DNA of 64,000 nt from assembly GCA_022763185.1 (NCBI GenBank), contig JALEGL010000008.1, positions 67,012 to 131,011 on the forward strand. Direction: 5' to 3'. The stretch is from a bacterium. Lineage in GTDB: Bacteria > Bdellovibrionota_G > JALEGL01. The translations under genes were made by a program, and so were the position numbers. Below, piece by piece: positions 9,442 through 20,174 of the stretch. The notes beneath the pieces are model-generated. The model did not search any database and was not told the DNA's origin. It saw only the letters and a program-made list of their open reading frames with translations. The first letter of the stretch is position 1. Each line of letters opens with the position of its first letter.

Positions 9442-10038
9442 TTAGCTGCTGGCTAACTGACAGTTTGAATCCTCTAAGGTATCTACCAGCCTCTGTATAG
9501 CTCTGAAAAAGCGATTATAATTTTCAATCGCGTAACTAGATGTTGAGAAAACTTTATCATCATACAGCACCTCCCAATTTTGCAGCGTTTTAACAATTGT
9601 TTGTTGATATTCAGGTGCACAAGAAACAATGATTTTACTGTCTGAAAACACGGGCATGTACTTGTTTATATAAGCATACTGCTTTGGATCTTCATAGTAC
9701 ATAAGAACATCATCGACTTTCTCATAAATTATACCATCCTCTAGTATATAATTAGACTCATAGTTATTGATATAAACAGATAAATGATGGTGATGTTGTT
9801 CATGTTCAAATACTTTGTTACCCATCGAAAAAGTTAACTGATAATTAACAACAACCAAAAACTCTTTGCCTGTATGCATATCCAATTCAAATTGCATTTC
9901 AGGATTGCTCTCAATAAGAACATAACGATTATTTTGTAACGCTTGATAAATCTTATCAAAAAACTCCAACCCTTGTGCATGAGCAAAAGTAGTGTGTGCA
10001 AAAAGCAATAGTAATATAAAATGTTTCCCCCGATACAT
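9442..10038 (-). CDS. secreted hypothetical protein with His-rich segment
   Basis: N-terminal signal peptide MYRGKHFILLLLFAHTTFAHAQ and a HEQHHHHL run. No recognisable catalytic motif. Confidence 0.4.
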   Translation of the reverse strand: MYRGKHFILLLLFAHTTFAHAQGLEFFDKIYQALQNNRYVLIESNPEMQFELDMHTGKEFLVVVNYQLTFSMGNKVFEHEQHHHHLSVYINNYESNYILEDGIIYEKVDDVLMYYEDPKQYAYINKYMPVFSDSKIIVSCAPEYQQTIVKTLQNWEVLYDDKVFSTSSYAIENYNRFFRAIQRLVDTLEDSNCQLASS

Positions 10039-10083
10039 TCCTTATCTATAGCGGATATGAAGGTGGAAATGCAAGCATAATAT

Positions 10084-11670
10084 TCAGGGTGAAGTTTCTA
10101 AAACTTCAACCAACTCTTTACCAAACTGTCTAATTTTATAGCTGCCTAAACCATGTACAGCTTTTAAATCTGTTTTGGATTGTGGGTTTTTCATGGCCAA
10201 GTCATGCAAGGTTTTATTGCTAAAAACCATAAAAGCTGGAATATCTTTTTGCTTGGCGTAATCATAGCGCCATTGTTTGAGATGTTTCATGCGCAAAAGT
10301 TCAGTATTGTCCAAGGGGCGGTTGTCTACTGGGATGACTTTTTTTTTGCTGGATGCTTTTTTCTTTTTTGCTTTTGCGCCAGTTGGAGTTGCTTTTTTCC
10401 GGAGTTTGGTTTTTGGCATTGTTGGTGACAACACAACTTTACGATTAGAATCGGGTGAACAGCTGTCACAATGGCCACAGTTTTCAATTCTCTGAGTATC
10501 TTTGAAATAGGTTAAAATTTCACTGTGACGGCATTCAGCACCTTCAGCATAATTGATCATGGCATCGAGGGCATTCCATTTGTTTTGGATGATTTTTTGG
10601 TTGGCTTTGCTTTGGCGGATGAAAAAGCTTTGTAAGCCATAGTCTTTTTTAGAATACAAGAGTATGCAGGTAGCATTTTGACCATCTCTGCCGGCTCTAC
10701 CTATTTCTTGGTAATAAGATTCAATATTGGCAGGCATTTGATAGTGAATGATTTTTCTAACATTGGGCGTATCGACACCCATACCAAAAGCATTGGTGGC
10801 AATGAGCACTCTGATTTGTCCAGATTCATAGCGGTTTTGAACATCATCTCTTTGATCTGCACTTAAACCCGCATGGTAGTAAGCAATTTTGCTAAACTGA
10901 CTAAAAAAGTGATCAAATAAACTTTCACATTGCTTGCGTGTTCCAGCGTATATGATGATTCGATGATCAGGGTCTTTACTTAAAGCTTGATGAATAAAGT
11001 CATACTTTAAATTTTCATTGCTGCAGTATTCAACTTGATAGAATAAATTAGGTCGATAAAAACCATAAATGTGTTTTTGAGGTTTTTTTAGTCTAAGCTG
11101 CTCTGAAATATCATCAAGAACCATGGGAGTCGCGGTTGCGGTGGTGGCTAAAACAGGAACATTTGGGTGAACTGTTCTTAAGTCATGCAAACGAGCATAA
11201 TCTTCTCTAAAATCATGTCCCCACTGTGATACGCAGTGGGCTTCATCAACAGCAAAAAGCTTGGGATCTTGCTCTTGCAACCAATTCATAAAGTTTTCAT
11301 TTTGTATACGCTCTGGAGAAACATAGAGAAGATAGCTTTCATTACGTGCGGTATGATAGGCAATATTCTGAAAAATCATTCGTCGTTGAGCAGCTGTTTG
11401 AGCAGAGTGAAAAAAGCCAGCGGGAATATTTTTTGAGTTTAAAAATGAAACTTGGTCACGCATGAGGGAAATCAGCGGCGAAATCACTAAAGTTAAGCCC
11501 TTAAATTGCAAGGCTGGAACTTGATAACAAATAGACTTACCTCCACCAGTGGGCATAACCGCCAAGGTATCTTGGCCAGATAAAATTGAGTCTATGATGG
11601 CTTCTTGACCTTTTCTAAAATCATCAAAACCAAATTGAGTATTTAAAATGTTTTGTGCATCATCCAGCAT
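10084..11670 (-). CDS. recQ: ATP-dependent DNA helicase RecQ
   Basis: Helicase motifs (VMPTGGGKS, DEAHCVSQWGHDFR), RecQ Zn-binding cysteine cluster (CRHSE...CGHCDSC), Lys-rich linker and a C-terminal HRDC-like region. Confidence 0.9.
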   Translation of the reverse strand: MLDDAQNILNTQFGFDDFRKGQEAIIDSILSGQDTLAVMPTGGGKSICYQVPALQFKGLTLVISPLISLMRDQVSFLNSKNIPAGFFHSAQTAAQRRMIFQNIAYHTARNESYLLYVSPERIQNENFMNWLQEQDPKLFAVDEAHCVSQWGHDFREDYARLHDLRTVHPNVPVLATTATATPMVLDDISEQLRLKKPQKHIYGFYRPNLFYQVEYCSNENLKYDFIHQALSKDPDHRIIIYAGTRKQCESLFDHFFSQFSKIAYYHAGLSADQRDDVQNRYESGQIRVLIATNAFGMGVDTPNVRKIIHYQMPANIESYYQEIGRAGRDGQNATCILLYSKKDYGLQSFFIRQSKANQKIIQNKWNALDAMINYAEGAECRHSEILTYFKDTQRIENCGHCDSCSPDSNRKVVLSPTMPKTKLRKKATPTGAKAKKKKASSKKKVIPVDNRPLDNTELLRMKHLKQWRYDYAKQKDIPAFMVFSNKTLHDLAMKNPQSKTDLKAVHGLGSYKIRQFGKELVEVLETSP

Positions 11671-11751
11671 GAAGACTCATGATATACCTATAAACTTGAT
11701 TTTTGCACACAAATTGTTGTGCTTTAGATAATTATTGCGTAAGTTGAGTGT

Positions 11752-12078
11752 ATGAATGATTTAAATATTGAAACATTAAAAGAGGGCACAGGTGCAGAAG
11801 TTGAATCTGGTGCTAGGGTTAAAGTACATTATACCGGTTGGTTAACCGATGGCACAAAGTTTGATTCGTCTGTGGACCGTGGAGAGCCATTTGAGTTTGC
11901 TTTAGGTGCGGGTCAAGTTATTGAAGGCTGGGATAGAGGTGTTATGGGCATGAAGCAAGGAGAAAAACGTAAGTTAACCATTGCTTCAAGTATGGCCTAT
12001 GGTGAGCACGGTGCTGGTGGCGTTATTCCTCCCAATGCTACCTTGGTTTTTGAGGTAGAGCTTCTAGACTTTAAATAA
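11752..12078 (+). CDS. FKBP-type peptidyl-prolyl cis-trans isomerase
   Basis: [18 protein letters not shown]...[13 protein letters not shown]...[23 protein letters not shown] is a classic FKBP12-like domain, 108 aa. Confidence 0.9.
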   Translation: MNDLNIETLKEGTGAEVESGARVKVHYTGWLTDGTKFDSSVDRGEPFEFALGAGQVIEGWDRGVMGMKQGEKRKLTIASSMAYGEHGAGGVIPPNATLVFEVELLDFK

Positions 12079-12116
12079 CTGTACAATCTTTAAGTTTAAG
12101 AATTGTGCCAGCTGTT

Positions 12117-12190
12117 CCGATTATTTTTATGAGAAGTGAAGGCCTTGAGGGCGCTAGCCCGATCAGCCGAACCTTCATAAAAATAATCTG
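12117..12190. repeat. 74-bp imperfect palindrome with GC-rich core
   Basis: Arms ccgattatttttatgagaagtgaagg and ccttcataaaaataatctg flank a GC-rich core gggcgctagccc that is itself a mini-hairpin. It sits in the fkbp-yheU intergenic region. Confidence 0.4.
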
Positions 12191-12224
12191 CAGTAACTTG
12201 AGGTCAATAGATATTTGATAAGTA

Positions 12225-12512
12225 ATGGAAAACAATAATATTCATGTTGAGCTGGATGAGGATAGCCCCAAACCAGTTTTAATCCCTAAAGACAAAATTC
12301 CTAAAGATACTTTGATGGCTTTAATTGAAGCCTTTGTCCTGCGTGAAGGTACAGATTATGGAACAATTGAGTATTCTTTAGAAGAAAAACAAAAACATGT
12401 TCTAAAGCTAATTGAATCGGGAGATGTTGTTGTAACGTTTGATTTTGTTACTGAAAGCCCAAGTTTGATGACATTTTCAACGTATAAAGAGCTCACACAA
12501 GTTAGACAGTGA
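12225..12512 (+). CDS. YheU-family (UPF0270) protein
   Basis: LIEAFVLREGTDYG matches the E. coli YheU core LIESFVLREGTDYG. Size 95 aa versus 72 aa for YheU. Confidence 0.7.
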   Translation: MENNNIHVELDEDSPKPVLIPKDKIPKDTLMALIEAFVLREGTDYGTIEYSLEEKQKHVLKLIESGDVVVTFDFVTESPSLMTFSTYKELTQVRQ

Positions 12513-12654
12513 AATATATCAAGATGGTGAGTAAAGCTAACTGAATAAGCTTATCCAACATCTATTTACAATAGGAGTATATTCTTTCTCTTTTTATTTT
12601 ATAAGAAAGTCTAAGTGCTTAAAAGACTCTACTGTATTGCAAAAAAAATAAGCC

Positions 12655-12855
12655 TTACGACGAACTAAGAATTTGTTGCTTTAATTCTTCAACTTCTTTG
12701 GGAGCACAGGCTTCGCAGATGGTTCTTCCGTCATCGGTTTTAAATTTGTTGAGTCCGCCGCAAGTGCCTTTGATGGCTTTGCCTTGCAGTAAGCCCAGGG
12801 ACATCAGCACAAAAAACAAAGCAAAAAAAGCAATACTGATTAAAACGTAAGTCAT
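12655..12855 (-). CDS. nqrM: Na+-NQR maturation factor NqrM (DUF539)
   Basis: 66 aa with an N-terminal TM helix and a conserved Cys pattern KGTCGGL...CEAC. It lies directly downstream of apbE and nqrF, as in Vibrio. Confidence 0.65.
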   Translation of the reverse strand: MTYVLISIAFFALFFVLMSLGLLQGKAIKGTCGGLNKFKTDDGRTICEACAPKEVEELKQQILSSS

Positions 12856-12866
12856 GTTGTGTTCTC

Positions 12867-13916
12867 TTATCTAGTTTTCTTTTCTAATTCCAGTAAATAA
12901 TTGCTGGTATAAGCCATAAGTTGTCCAGAATCCTTTTCTACAATAAATAAGGCAGCCAAGCCCAGGTTGTTAGCCAGTTTAAAGGCTTGTGGATGCCCCA
13001 TTGCCAGTAAGCCTGTAGCGTAGGCATCAGCATCCATACAGTTTTTGTGTAAAACCGTGACTGAACGAGTTTTGTGTTGGCTGGGGTATCCCGTACTTGG
13101 AATCAAGGTATGGTTGTATTTTTTACCCTGATGCATAAAAAAATTGCGATAGTCGCCTGATGTTGCCATGGCCATGTCTGTTAAATTTAAAGTTTTAAAA
13201 ATGGTTCTTTTACTGGTTTCCTTCATTTGAGGCTTTTCAATGGCCACTTTCCAAGCTTGTTTTTTTGCATCTCTAAAGCCTTTTACGCTTAACTCTCCAC
13301 CTATTTCAACATAATGGTGCTGATGTCCCATAGACAGCAATAATGAACTGATTTCATCAACCGCGTAACCTTTGGCGATGGCTGAGTAGTCTAGCTGAAT
13401 AGAGCTTGATTTTTTCTTGATTTGATAAACAATGTTTTGCGCAAGCTCTATTTTATCCATGCCTATATAAGGCAAGAGCACATCAATTTCACTTTGTTTT
13501 GGGACCCCAACACTTTCAGTATAGCCAAATCCCCACAGATTAATAAGAGGACCAAGTGTAGGGTCAAAATAATAATCCGTTAAAATGGCCACTTCTTGAG
13601 CTTTTTGGCTCACTAAAAACATGTCTTTGCTGATATTCATCCAGGTGTTGGCTTTAAAATTGTTAAATCGAGAGATTTCAGAATCTTTAATATAGGTAGA
13701 TAAACTTTGGTTGATAGCGTTTAATTTTTGATCTATTGCACTTTGAATTTTTGAGGGATCGATTTTGATATTTTCTTGTTTAGGAAGAGTGATGGTGTAA
13801 GTTGTGCCCATGGTTTTCCCATTGATTTTGATGTGCACAATTTTTTTTTCGCAGGAGGAGAGGGTAAGGAGAAATGAAAAAACAAAAAGTAATTTGAGTA
13901 AGCTGTGATTTTTCAT
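12867..13916 (-). CDS. apbE: FAD:protein FMN transferase (ApbE family) lipoprotein
   Basis: Lipobox LSSC, ApbE motifs MGTTYTI, AIAKGYAVD, ATSGDYRNF, DADAYATGLLAMG. It is immediately downstream of nqrF. Confidence 0.85.
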   Translation of the reverse strand: MKNHSLLKLLFVFSFLLTLSSCEKKIVHIKINGKTMGTTYTITLPKQENIKIDPSKIQSAIDQKLNAINQSLSTYIKDSEISRFNNFKANTWMNISKDMFLVSQKAQEVAILTDYYFDPTLGPLINLWGFGYTESVGVPKQSEIDVLLPYIGMDKIELAQNIVYQIKKKSSSIQLDYSAIAKGYAVDEISSLLLSMGHQHHYVEIGGELSVKGFRDAKKQAWKVAIEKPQMKETSKRTIFKTLNLTDMAMATSGDYRNFFMHQGKKYNHTLIPSTGYPSQHKTRSVTVLHKNCMDADAYATGLLAMGHPQAFKLANNLGLAALFIVEKDSGQLMAYTSNYLLELEKKTR

Positions 13917-13997
13917 AGGATTGTCTCGTCGTTTTTATGTATTCAGTAAGTATTGTCCTCACTTAACAAAAAAGGAGCGTATAAAGCTCCTTTTTTA

Positions 13998-15224
13998 TTA
14001 ACCGCCAAAGTCGTCAAATAGAATGTTTTCTGGTTCAACGCCTAGGTCTTCAAGTAATTTAAAGACAGCCGCATTCATCATAGGCGGACCACAAATGTAA
14101 TACTCACAATCTTCTGGAGCTTCGTGATCTTTTAGATAGTTTTCATACAAGACATTGTGGATGAAGCCTGTATAACCAGTCCAGTTATCTTCTGGTAAAG
14201 GCTCAGACAGAGCAACATTCCAGGTAAAATTATCATTGTCTTTAGCAATACTGTCAAAGTCTTCTACATAAAACATTTCACGTTTGCTTCTTGCACCATA
14301 CCAAAAACTTACTTTTCTATCTGTATGAATACGTCTAAATTGATCAAAGATATGAGAGCGCATCGGGGCCATACCTGCCCCACCACCAATAAAAATCATT
14401 TCGGCTTTGGTATCTTTGGCAAAGAATTCACCGTAAGGTCCAGAAATAGTCACTTCATCACCAGGTTTTAGATTGAATATGTATGAGGATGCAATACCAG
14501 GAGGTGCGTCAGGCGCTTGTCTTGGAGGCGTTGCTATTCTCACGTTGAGCATAATAATGCCTTTTTCTTCAGGGTAATTGGCCATAGAATAAGCTCTCAC
14601 CACTTCTTCTGAGGGGTTTGAGCGATATTGCCATAGATTAAATTTATCCCAATCTTCTTTGTATTCATCTTCAACAATGAAACTATCAAATTTAATATCA
14701 TGTTCTGGGATATCAATTTGAATATAGCCACCCGCTTTAAAATTGACATCTTCACCCTCTGGCAACTCTAAAACCAGTTCTTTGATGAATGTAGCAACGT
14801 TATGATTGGATCTAACTTTACATTTCCACTTTTTAACGGAGAAAATTTCATCTGGGACTTCAATTTTCATGTCCTGTTTTACTGCAACTTGGCAAGAGAG
14901 CCTGACACCTTCAGCAGCTTCTGATCTATTAATTTGGGTACGCTCAGTAGGTAAGATATCTCCACCACCTTCTAAAACCTTGACCGTACACTGACCACAG
15001 GTGCCGCCGCCACCGCAAGCAGAAGAAACAAATAATTTTTTGTCCGCAAGTACGTTAAGGAGTTTGCCTCCTGCATTGGCTTGAATTGGGTTGTCTGTAT
15101 CACCATTGACAATAATATTGACTTTGCCTGAACTGACCAGTTTTGCTCGTGCAGCCAATATACCTGCAACTAAAACTAGAACAATAAGGGTAAAAAATAG
15201 TACACCTAAGATAATTTCTAACAT
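13998..15224 (-). CDS. nqrF: Na+-translocating NADH-quinone reductase subunit F
   Basis: N-terminal TM helix, 2Fe-2S ferredoxin cysteines ([10 protein letters not shown]), FAD motif RAYSMAN, NADH motif [11 protein letters not shown]. Confidence 0.95.
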   Translation of the reverse strand: MLEIILGVLFFTLIVLVLVAGILAARAKLVSSGKVNIIVNGDTDNPIQANAGGKLLNVLADKKLFVSSACGGGGTCGQCTVKVLEGGGDILPTERTQINRSEAAEGVRLSCQVAVKQDMKIEVPDEIFSVKKWKCKVRSNHNVATFIKELVLELPEGEDVNFKAGGYIQIDIPEHDIKFDSFIVEDEYKEDWDKFNLWQYRSNPSEEVVRAYSMANYPEEKGIIMLNVRIATPPRQAPDAPPGIASSYIFNLKPGDEVTISGPYGEFFAKDTKAEMIFIGGGAGMAPMRSHIFDQFRRIHTDRKVSFWYGARSKREMFYVEDFDSIAKDNDNFTWNVALSEPLPEDNWTGYTGFIHNVLYENYLKDHEAPEDCEYYICGPPMMNAAVFKLLEDLGVEPENILFDDFGG

Positions 15225-15243
15225 TGTTTATTGCCTCTTATCT

Positions 15244-15852
15244 TTATAGTTGAATTCCACCAAAAGCCATAAATGCCAATGACATTAAGCCTACGGTAAT
15301 AAATGTTATGCCTAATCCTTTAAGTCCATCAGGGACATCGCTGTATCTGAGTTTTTCACGAATTCCTGCCAAAGCCACAATAGCTAAGCCCCAACCAATG
15401 CCTGAACCTAAACCATAGGTTATACTTTCAGCAAAGTTGTAGTCTCGTTCAACCATGAACAAAGAGCCGCCCAAAATAGCGCAGTTTACAGTAATCAAAG
15501 GCAAGAAAATACCCAAAGCATTGTACAAAGCAGGAAAGAACTTATCCAAAGTCATTTCTAAAACCTGAACGACGGCAGCAATAACTCCAATGTAAGTGAT
15601 TAAACCTAAAAAGCTTAGGTTAACGCCCTCAATACCAAAGCGTTCCAAAGCACCTTCTTTGATAATGAATTGATATAAGACATTGTTGATTGGAACGGTT
15701 AAAGTCTGAACAATAACCACCGCAATCCCTAAACCAAAAGCTGTATCTACTTTTTTAGAAACCGCCAAAAAAGTACACATGCCCAAGAAAAAGGCAAGCG
15801 CCAGGTTTTCTACGAAAATGGCTTTAAACAGTAAACTTAAATAATGTTCCAT
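15244..15852 (-). CDS. nqrE: Na+-NQR subunit E
   Basis: Polytopic 202-aa membrane protein with a typical NqrE/RnfA-like sequence, in operon position. Confidence 0.92.
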   Translation of the reverse strand: MEHYLSLLFKAIFVENLALAFFLGMCTFLAVSKKVDTAFGLGIAVVIVQTLTVPINNVLYQFIIKEGALERFGIEGVNLSFLGLITYIGVIAAVVQVLEMTLDKFFPALYNALGIFLPLITVNCAILGGSLFMVERDYNFAESITYGLGSGIGWGLAIVALAGIREKLRYSDVPDGLKGLGITFITVGLMSLAFMAFGGIQL

Positions 15853-15854
15853 GA

Positions 15855-16487
15855 TTATTCATCCCTTTCAACTTGTTCGGTTTTAAAAGTTCTTAAAACC
15901 CAAATAAAAATACCAATAATAAAAAATGCACTTGGAGAGAGTAACATCAAGCCATTGGTCTGATACCATCCGCCTTCAGAAGCTAGAGGTAACACTTTAT
16001 AGCCCAATATAGCACCTGAACCGAGCAGTTCTCTGAAGAACCCTACAAAAAGTAATACAATGCTGTAACCCAAGCCGTTACCAATACCATCTAAAAAGCT
16101 TGGAAGCACAGGGTTCTTCATAGCAAATGCTTCAGCTCTACCCATCACAATACAGTTGGTGATGATTAATCCAACAAAGACTGACATCTGTTTGCTTACT
16201 TCATAAGCATAAGCTTTTAAAAACTGATCCACCAAAATCACAAAGGATGCAATAATGGTCATCTGAACAATAATACGAATATTGCTCGGGATATGGTTTC
16301 TAATTAAACTGACACTGGCATTGGAAAAGGCAACAACAAAAGTCACAGCCAAACACATGGTGATGGTTGTAGAAAGCTTGGTTGTAACCGCTAGAGCAGA
16401 GCATATCCCCAGAATTTGCAGTGCAATAGGATTGTTATTAAAGAGTGGGTCTAGAACTATTTTTTTAACATTTGTCTTAGTTGACAT
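15855..16487 (-). CDS. nqrD: Na+-NQR subunit D
   Basis: Polytopic 210-aa membrane protein, NqrD/RnfE-like, in operon position. Confidence 0.92.
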   Translation of the reverse strand: MSTKTNVKKIVLDPLFNNNPIALQILGICSALAVTTKLSTTITMCLAVTFVVAFSNASVSLIRNHIPSNIRIIVQMTIIASFVILVDQFLKAYAYEVSKQMSVFVGLIITNCIVMGRAEAFAMKNPVLPSFLDGIGNGLGYSIVLLFVGFFRELLGSGAILGYKVLPLASEGGWYQTNGLMLLSPSAFFIIGIFIWVLRTFKTEQVERDE

Positions 16488-17313
16488 CTGTTGCTCCTTG
16501 CTCTGAAGTTGTTTTGTTGTTTTGACTTAATGATGGGTTATTAAATTTTTTCAGGTCTAAGTTTTTTAATAATGGGCCGTAAGCTTCTTCACCGAACCAA
16601 TACTTTAACATATTGCTTACACCTCTGGATGTTATTGTTGCTCCAGACAGTCCATCCACTTTATAGTCAGCATTGCTCGTACTGCTTTCAACCTGGCCTT
16701 TTATAACTTCAATAGCAGGTTTGCCGTTTTCATTATAAATCACTTTACCTTGCCACTTGGCTTGCCATTGAGGGTTATCTACCTCACCACCTAAACCAGG
16801 TGTTTCTTGATGTTCATAAAATGAAATACCTTTAACGGTGTTAAGATCTGTATCCAATGAGATAAAACCATAAAGGGTAGACCATAGTCCTTTACCATGA
16901 ATAGGTAAAATGATTTGTTTTATGGCTCCTTCCTGTTTGACAAAATAAATTAAACCTTTATTCGCTCTGGTTTTAATGTTGGCGTAATCTTGTTCAATTT
17001 TAGTTGAACGCTCAGGGTCTTTGGCGGCTTTTCTTTGATCGTAAGCTTCAGGAATCTCTGTATTTAACTTTTGATCTTCAAAGTTATACAGCAAAGGCTC
17101 TATTGAATTATCAAAAACAGAGTTAATGATTTCGGCATTTGCCGATTTATCGATAAGACCAGCAGTGACCAAAATATTTTTCTTTTTGTCCAGTGCTTTG
17201 TTGCGTTCTTGCTTATCTCTTAACAAAACCGCAGCACCGGACACTAAAATAGAACAAACAATACACAACGTTAATGAAACAATAAGTGTTTTTTTGATTG
17301 AATCGTTATTCAT
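16477..17313 (-). CDS. nqrC: Na+-NQR subunit C
   Basis: FMN-attachment motif [10 protein letters not shown]. The track start at 17352 would overlap nqrB by 43 nt. The internal Met (MNNDSIKK) at 17313 is preceded by AGGAG at good spacing and abuts the nqrB stop, so I place the start there. Confidence 0.85.
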   Translation of the reverse strand: MNNDSIKKTLIVSLTLCIVCSILVSGAAVLLRDKQERNKALDKKKNILVTAGLIDKSANAEIINSVFDNSIEPLLYNFEDQKLNTEIPEAYDQRKAAKDPERSTKIEQDYANIKTRANKGLIYFVKQEGAIKQIILPIHGKGLWSTLYGFISLDTDLNTVKGISFYEHQETPGLGGEVDNPQWQAKWQGKVIYNENGKPAIEVIKGQVESSTSNADYKVDGLSGATITSRGVSNMLKYWFGEEAYGPLLKNLDLKKFNNPSLSQNNKTTSEQGATDVN

Positions 17314-18563
17314 GCGGCACTCCTTTTTGAGTTTGCTTCCAGTGCACCCCAAAGTTTTTGCGTTCTTTTTTTGCGTAATTTAATGTTTTTAGAAATCACA
17401 ATATAGTCCATCACTGGAGCAAAAACATTGGCAAATAAAATAGCCAACATCACACCTTCTGGAAATGCTGGGTTAATGACTCTTATAAGAATGGTCATAA
17501 AACCAATGAGAAAACCATAAGCCCATTTGGCAGATTTATTCATGGGCGCAGACACAGGATCTGTTGTCATGAATACGGTTGCAAATGCAAAGCCGCCAAT
17601 AACCAAATGCCAGTGAGGAGGTACAGAAAACATAGGGTTGCTTTCACTTCCTATGCCATACAGCAAAGCAGAAAAACTCAGTAAACCAATGACGGTTGAT
17701 AACATGATGCGCCAAGAGCCAACACCCGTAAAAATAAGAACCGCGGCACCAAATAAGACGGCAACAACAGATGTTTCTCCCATGGAACCTTGGATAAGTC
17801 CTAAAAATGAATTCATCCAGCTGACGCTTTCATGAATAGCATCAAAGCCGCCAATTGCGCCTAAGCCTAAAGCAGTGGCTCCAGAAAAACCGTCAACAGC
17901 AGTCCATACTGCATCACCACTGATTTGAGCAGGATAAGCAAAGTATAAAAAAGCTCTACCGGTTAATGCAGGGTTTAAAAAATTCTTACCTGTACCACCA
18001 AAAACTTCTTTACCTATGATAACAGCAAAGATAATCCCTACTGCAGCTTGCCAAAGGGGGATGGTAGCTGGAAGCGTTAAAGGGTATAGCAGTCCGGTAA
18101 CCAAAAAGCCCTCATTGATCTCATGTTTTCTAACAATAGAAAAAGCTGCTTCACATAAACCACCGGCCAAGTTGCTCACTAAAAATATGGGTGCAAAATA
18201 CAGTAAACCATGCACAAAACAATGAACAATATTTGCCGGATCATAGCCTAAACCCAAAAATGAAAGAACAGAGCCGCGCCAATCACTTTTTACTGCCAGA
18301 CCCATGGCTTCCATGGCCAAGTTGGCCTGTAAGCCAGTGTTATAACAAGCAAACAATATACAAGGCATTAAGGCTAAGCCAACAGTCCCCATAACTCGCT
18401 TAAGGTCCATGGCATCTCTGACTTGTACGCTGCCTTGTGTCGTTTCTCCAGGAGTATACAAGAAAGTGTCAATGGCTTCATAAAGAGGGTAAAGTTTTTC
18501 TAATTTCCCGCCTTTATGAAAGTGGGTACCAATTTTATCTAAACTGTTGCGTAAAAGTTTCAT
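17310..18563 (-). CDS. nqrB: Na+-NQR subunit B
   Basis: 417-aa polytopic protein with NqrB-like sequence, including an FMN-attachment-like SGATALG region. It follows nqrA. Confidence 0.9.
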   Translation of the reverse strand: MKLLRNSLDKIGTHFHKGGKLEKLYPLYEAIDTFLYTPGETTQGSVQVRDAMDLKRVMGTVGLALMPCILFACYNTGLQANLAMEAMGLAVKSDWRGSVLSFLGLGYDPANIVHCFVHGLLYFAPIFLVSNLAGGLCEAAFSIVRKHEINEGFLVTGLLYPLTLPATIPLWQAAVGIIFAVIIGKEVFGGTGKNFLNPALTGRAFLYFAYPAQISGDAVWTAVDGFSGATALGLGAIGGFDAIHESVSWMNSFLGLIQGSMGETSVVAVLFGAAVLIFTGVGSWRIMLSTVIGLLSFSALLYGIGSESNPMFSVPPHWHLVIGGFAFATVFMTTDPVSAPMNKSAKWAYGFLIGFMTILIRVINPAFPEGVMLAILFANVFAPVMDYIVISKNIKLRKKRTQKLWGALEANSKRSAA

Positions 18564-19924
18564 TATAAACCTTTCTCCAAATCTGTAAGAATGTTTCTTA
18601 ACATTGGGCCGTAATCTTTTTTACCAGAACAGGCAAAAGTGCATAAGGCAAGGTCTTCTTCATCTAGCTCAATGCAACCTAGCTGCTCTGCATTTTCTAT
18701 ATCATGCATGCACAAAGCTTTTAACAATGGTACGGGTAAAATATGAAGAGGAAATACACTTTCAAATGCACCGGTAGGAACAATGGCGCGTGGGCTACCA
18801 TGTGTAGAATTGCTAAAAGGAAGTTTAATGAAAGGAATCATTTTTGATAAAAACAAGTTTTTAACTGAGAACTTGTCAAAACCTGGGCCTTGCCAACCCA
18901 AAAGTTCTCTTTCGGTATCATCTTTTAAGGCAGTGATTTGTAAGTGAAAACGTCCCAAGTAATTAAAAATTTCATCCTGATTTCTTCCAGAAAAAACCGA
19001 GCCTGAACGAACACTTGCTTCTGAAATGTCTTTTATACTGCCATCTATGGTTTGAAGAATATTAGCACCCAAGCTTACCAAAGCCAACTTAGGCACTTTA
19101 AATTCAGAGCCGGCAATGCTAATCACTCTTTGTGTCCATAGTTTTCCTGTTGCAAGCAGTTTGCCTAAAGCAATAAGGTCTTGGTAGCCAATATGCCAAA
19201 CTTCATGGTTTTTATCGGCAGGAGCCAAAAAGTGAATATGCGTGCCTACAAGCCCAGATGGGTGAGGGCCTTCAAAACAAACGGTTTCGCAATTGTCTGG
19301 TATGTTGTTGTATTGAACATGTTGATTGGATACACAGAAAAAGGTTTTAGGAGCTAAAAGGCTAATAGCTTTTAAACCCAAGTCAAAATCTTTTTGAAAC
19401 TTGGCAATGATTTTATTGGGGTAAGGCGCAAAGGGATTTGTGTCTGTGGCTGTGATGAATAAAGCTTTGGGTTTTGCGTTAACTTGAGGTGTTTTGGAGT
19501 AAGGTCTTGTTCGCAAAGCTGTCCAAAGTCCGGACTCTTGCATTAATTTTTGAACATCGTTTTTTGAAAAATCACCGTTTGCAAAGTTATTGTTATAAGT
19601 ACTAAAATCTACGTGATTTTGCTCTGAACTTTTTTCAATAACCATAGATTGGAATACACGTTTGTCTCCACGATTAATAGATTTAACAGTGCCCGCAACT
19701 GGACTGGTAAACACAACACCAGGATTTTTTTTGTCTTCAAAAACGGCCTGGCCAATGTTAACGGTATCACCTACTTTGGTAAGAATTGTAGGCTTCATGC
19801 CATTGTAGTCAGGGCCCAAAATAGCAACGTCTTTTGCCTGAGCGCTAAGGTCGTGGATTTCATTTGAAACAACTTCACCAGTAATGGGAAGTGTAATACC
19901 TTTTGAGATCTTGATTGTTTTCAC
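18563..19924 (-). CDS. nqrA: Na+-NQR subunit A
   Basis: 453-aa soluble subunit, first gene of the nqrABCDEF order. Its sequence is NqrA-like throughout. Confidence 0.9.
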   Translation of the reverse strand: MKTIKISKGITLPITGEVVSNEIHDLSAQAKDVAILGPDYNGMKPTILTKVGDTVNIGQAVFEDKKNPGVVFTSPVAGTVKSINRGDKRVFQSMVIEKSSEQNHVDFSTYNNNFANGDFSKNDVQKLMQESGLWTALRTRPYSKTPQVNAKPKALFITATDTNPFAPYPNKIIAKFQKDFDLGLKAISLLAPKTFFCVSNQHVQYNNIPDNCETVCFEGPHPSGLVGTHIHFLAPADKNHEVWHIGYQDLIALGKLLATGKLWTQRVISIAGSEFKVPKLALVSLGANILQTIDGSIKDISEASVRSGSVFSGRNQDEIFNYLGRFHLQITALKDDTERELLGWQGPGFDKFSVKNLFLSKMIPFIKLPFSNSTHGSPRAIVPTGAFESVFPLHILPVPLLKALCMHDIENAEQLGCIELDEEDLALCTFACSGKKDYGPMLRNILTDLEKGL

Positions 19925-20174
19925 TGTGTATACCTACCTCGTAGTGTTAAGAGTTCTATCATGCACTCTTTTACATAATCTTGATGTAATTTCAGCGGTA
20001 AAAAACAACACTGGTCACCAAGTTATAATTCTGAGTCCCTTCTAATGGATTTATTTATTTTTTCAATATTATTTTAGTCATTTTAGGGTTTTTATTGTCG
20101 CAACACAGGAGGCCTAAGAGGGGCTTTAACTCTAGTAAAGATCAAGTTTATTGTTTAACCTCGAGATTTCTTTA
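19925..20174 (-). promoter_or_regulatory. about 250-bp leader/promoter region upstream of the nqr operon
   Basis: Long non-coding AT-rich stretch between the upstream symporter gene and nqrA. I could not pick out specific -10/-35 elements with confidence. Confidence 0.3.

Noticed and set aside
10180-10495. Plus-strand ORFs of 82 and 72 aa inside recQ. Similar small antisense or alternate-frame ORFs lie inside nqrF (14806-14994), hppA (25197-25406, 26079-26432), topA (32203-33273), leuS (29075-29278, 30273-30590), ftsH (60629-60979, 61256-61540) and elsewhere.
   Set aside because: Each lies entirely within a long, well-supported gene on the opposite strand or in another frame. They have low-complexity composition and no motifs, so I treat them as spurious six-frame artefacts.
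12513-12654. Weak hairpin agtct-(11 nt)-agact between convergent yheU and nqrM as a terminator.
   Set aside because: The stem is only 5 bp and no convincing U-tract follows on either strand.
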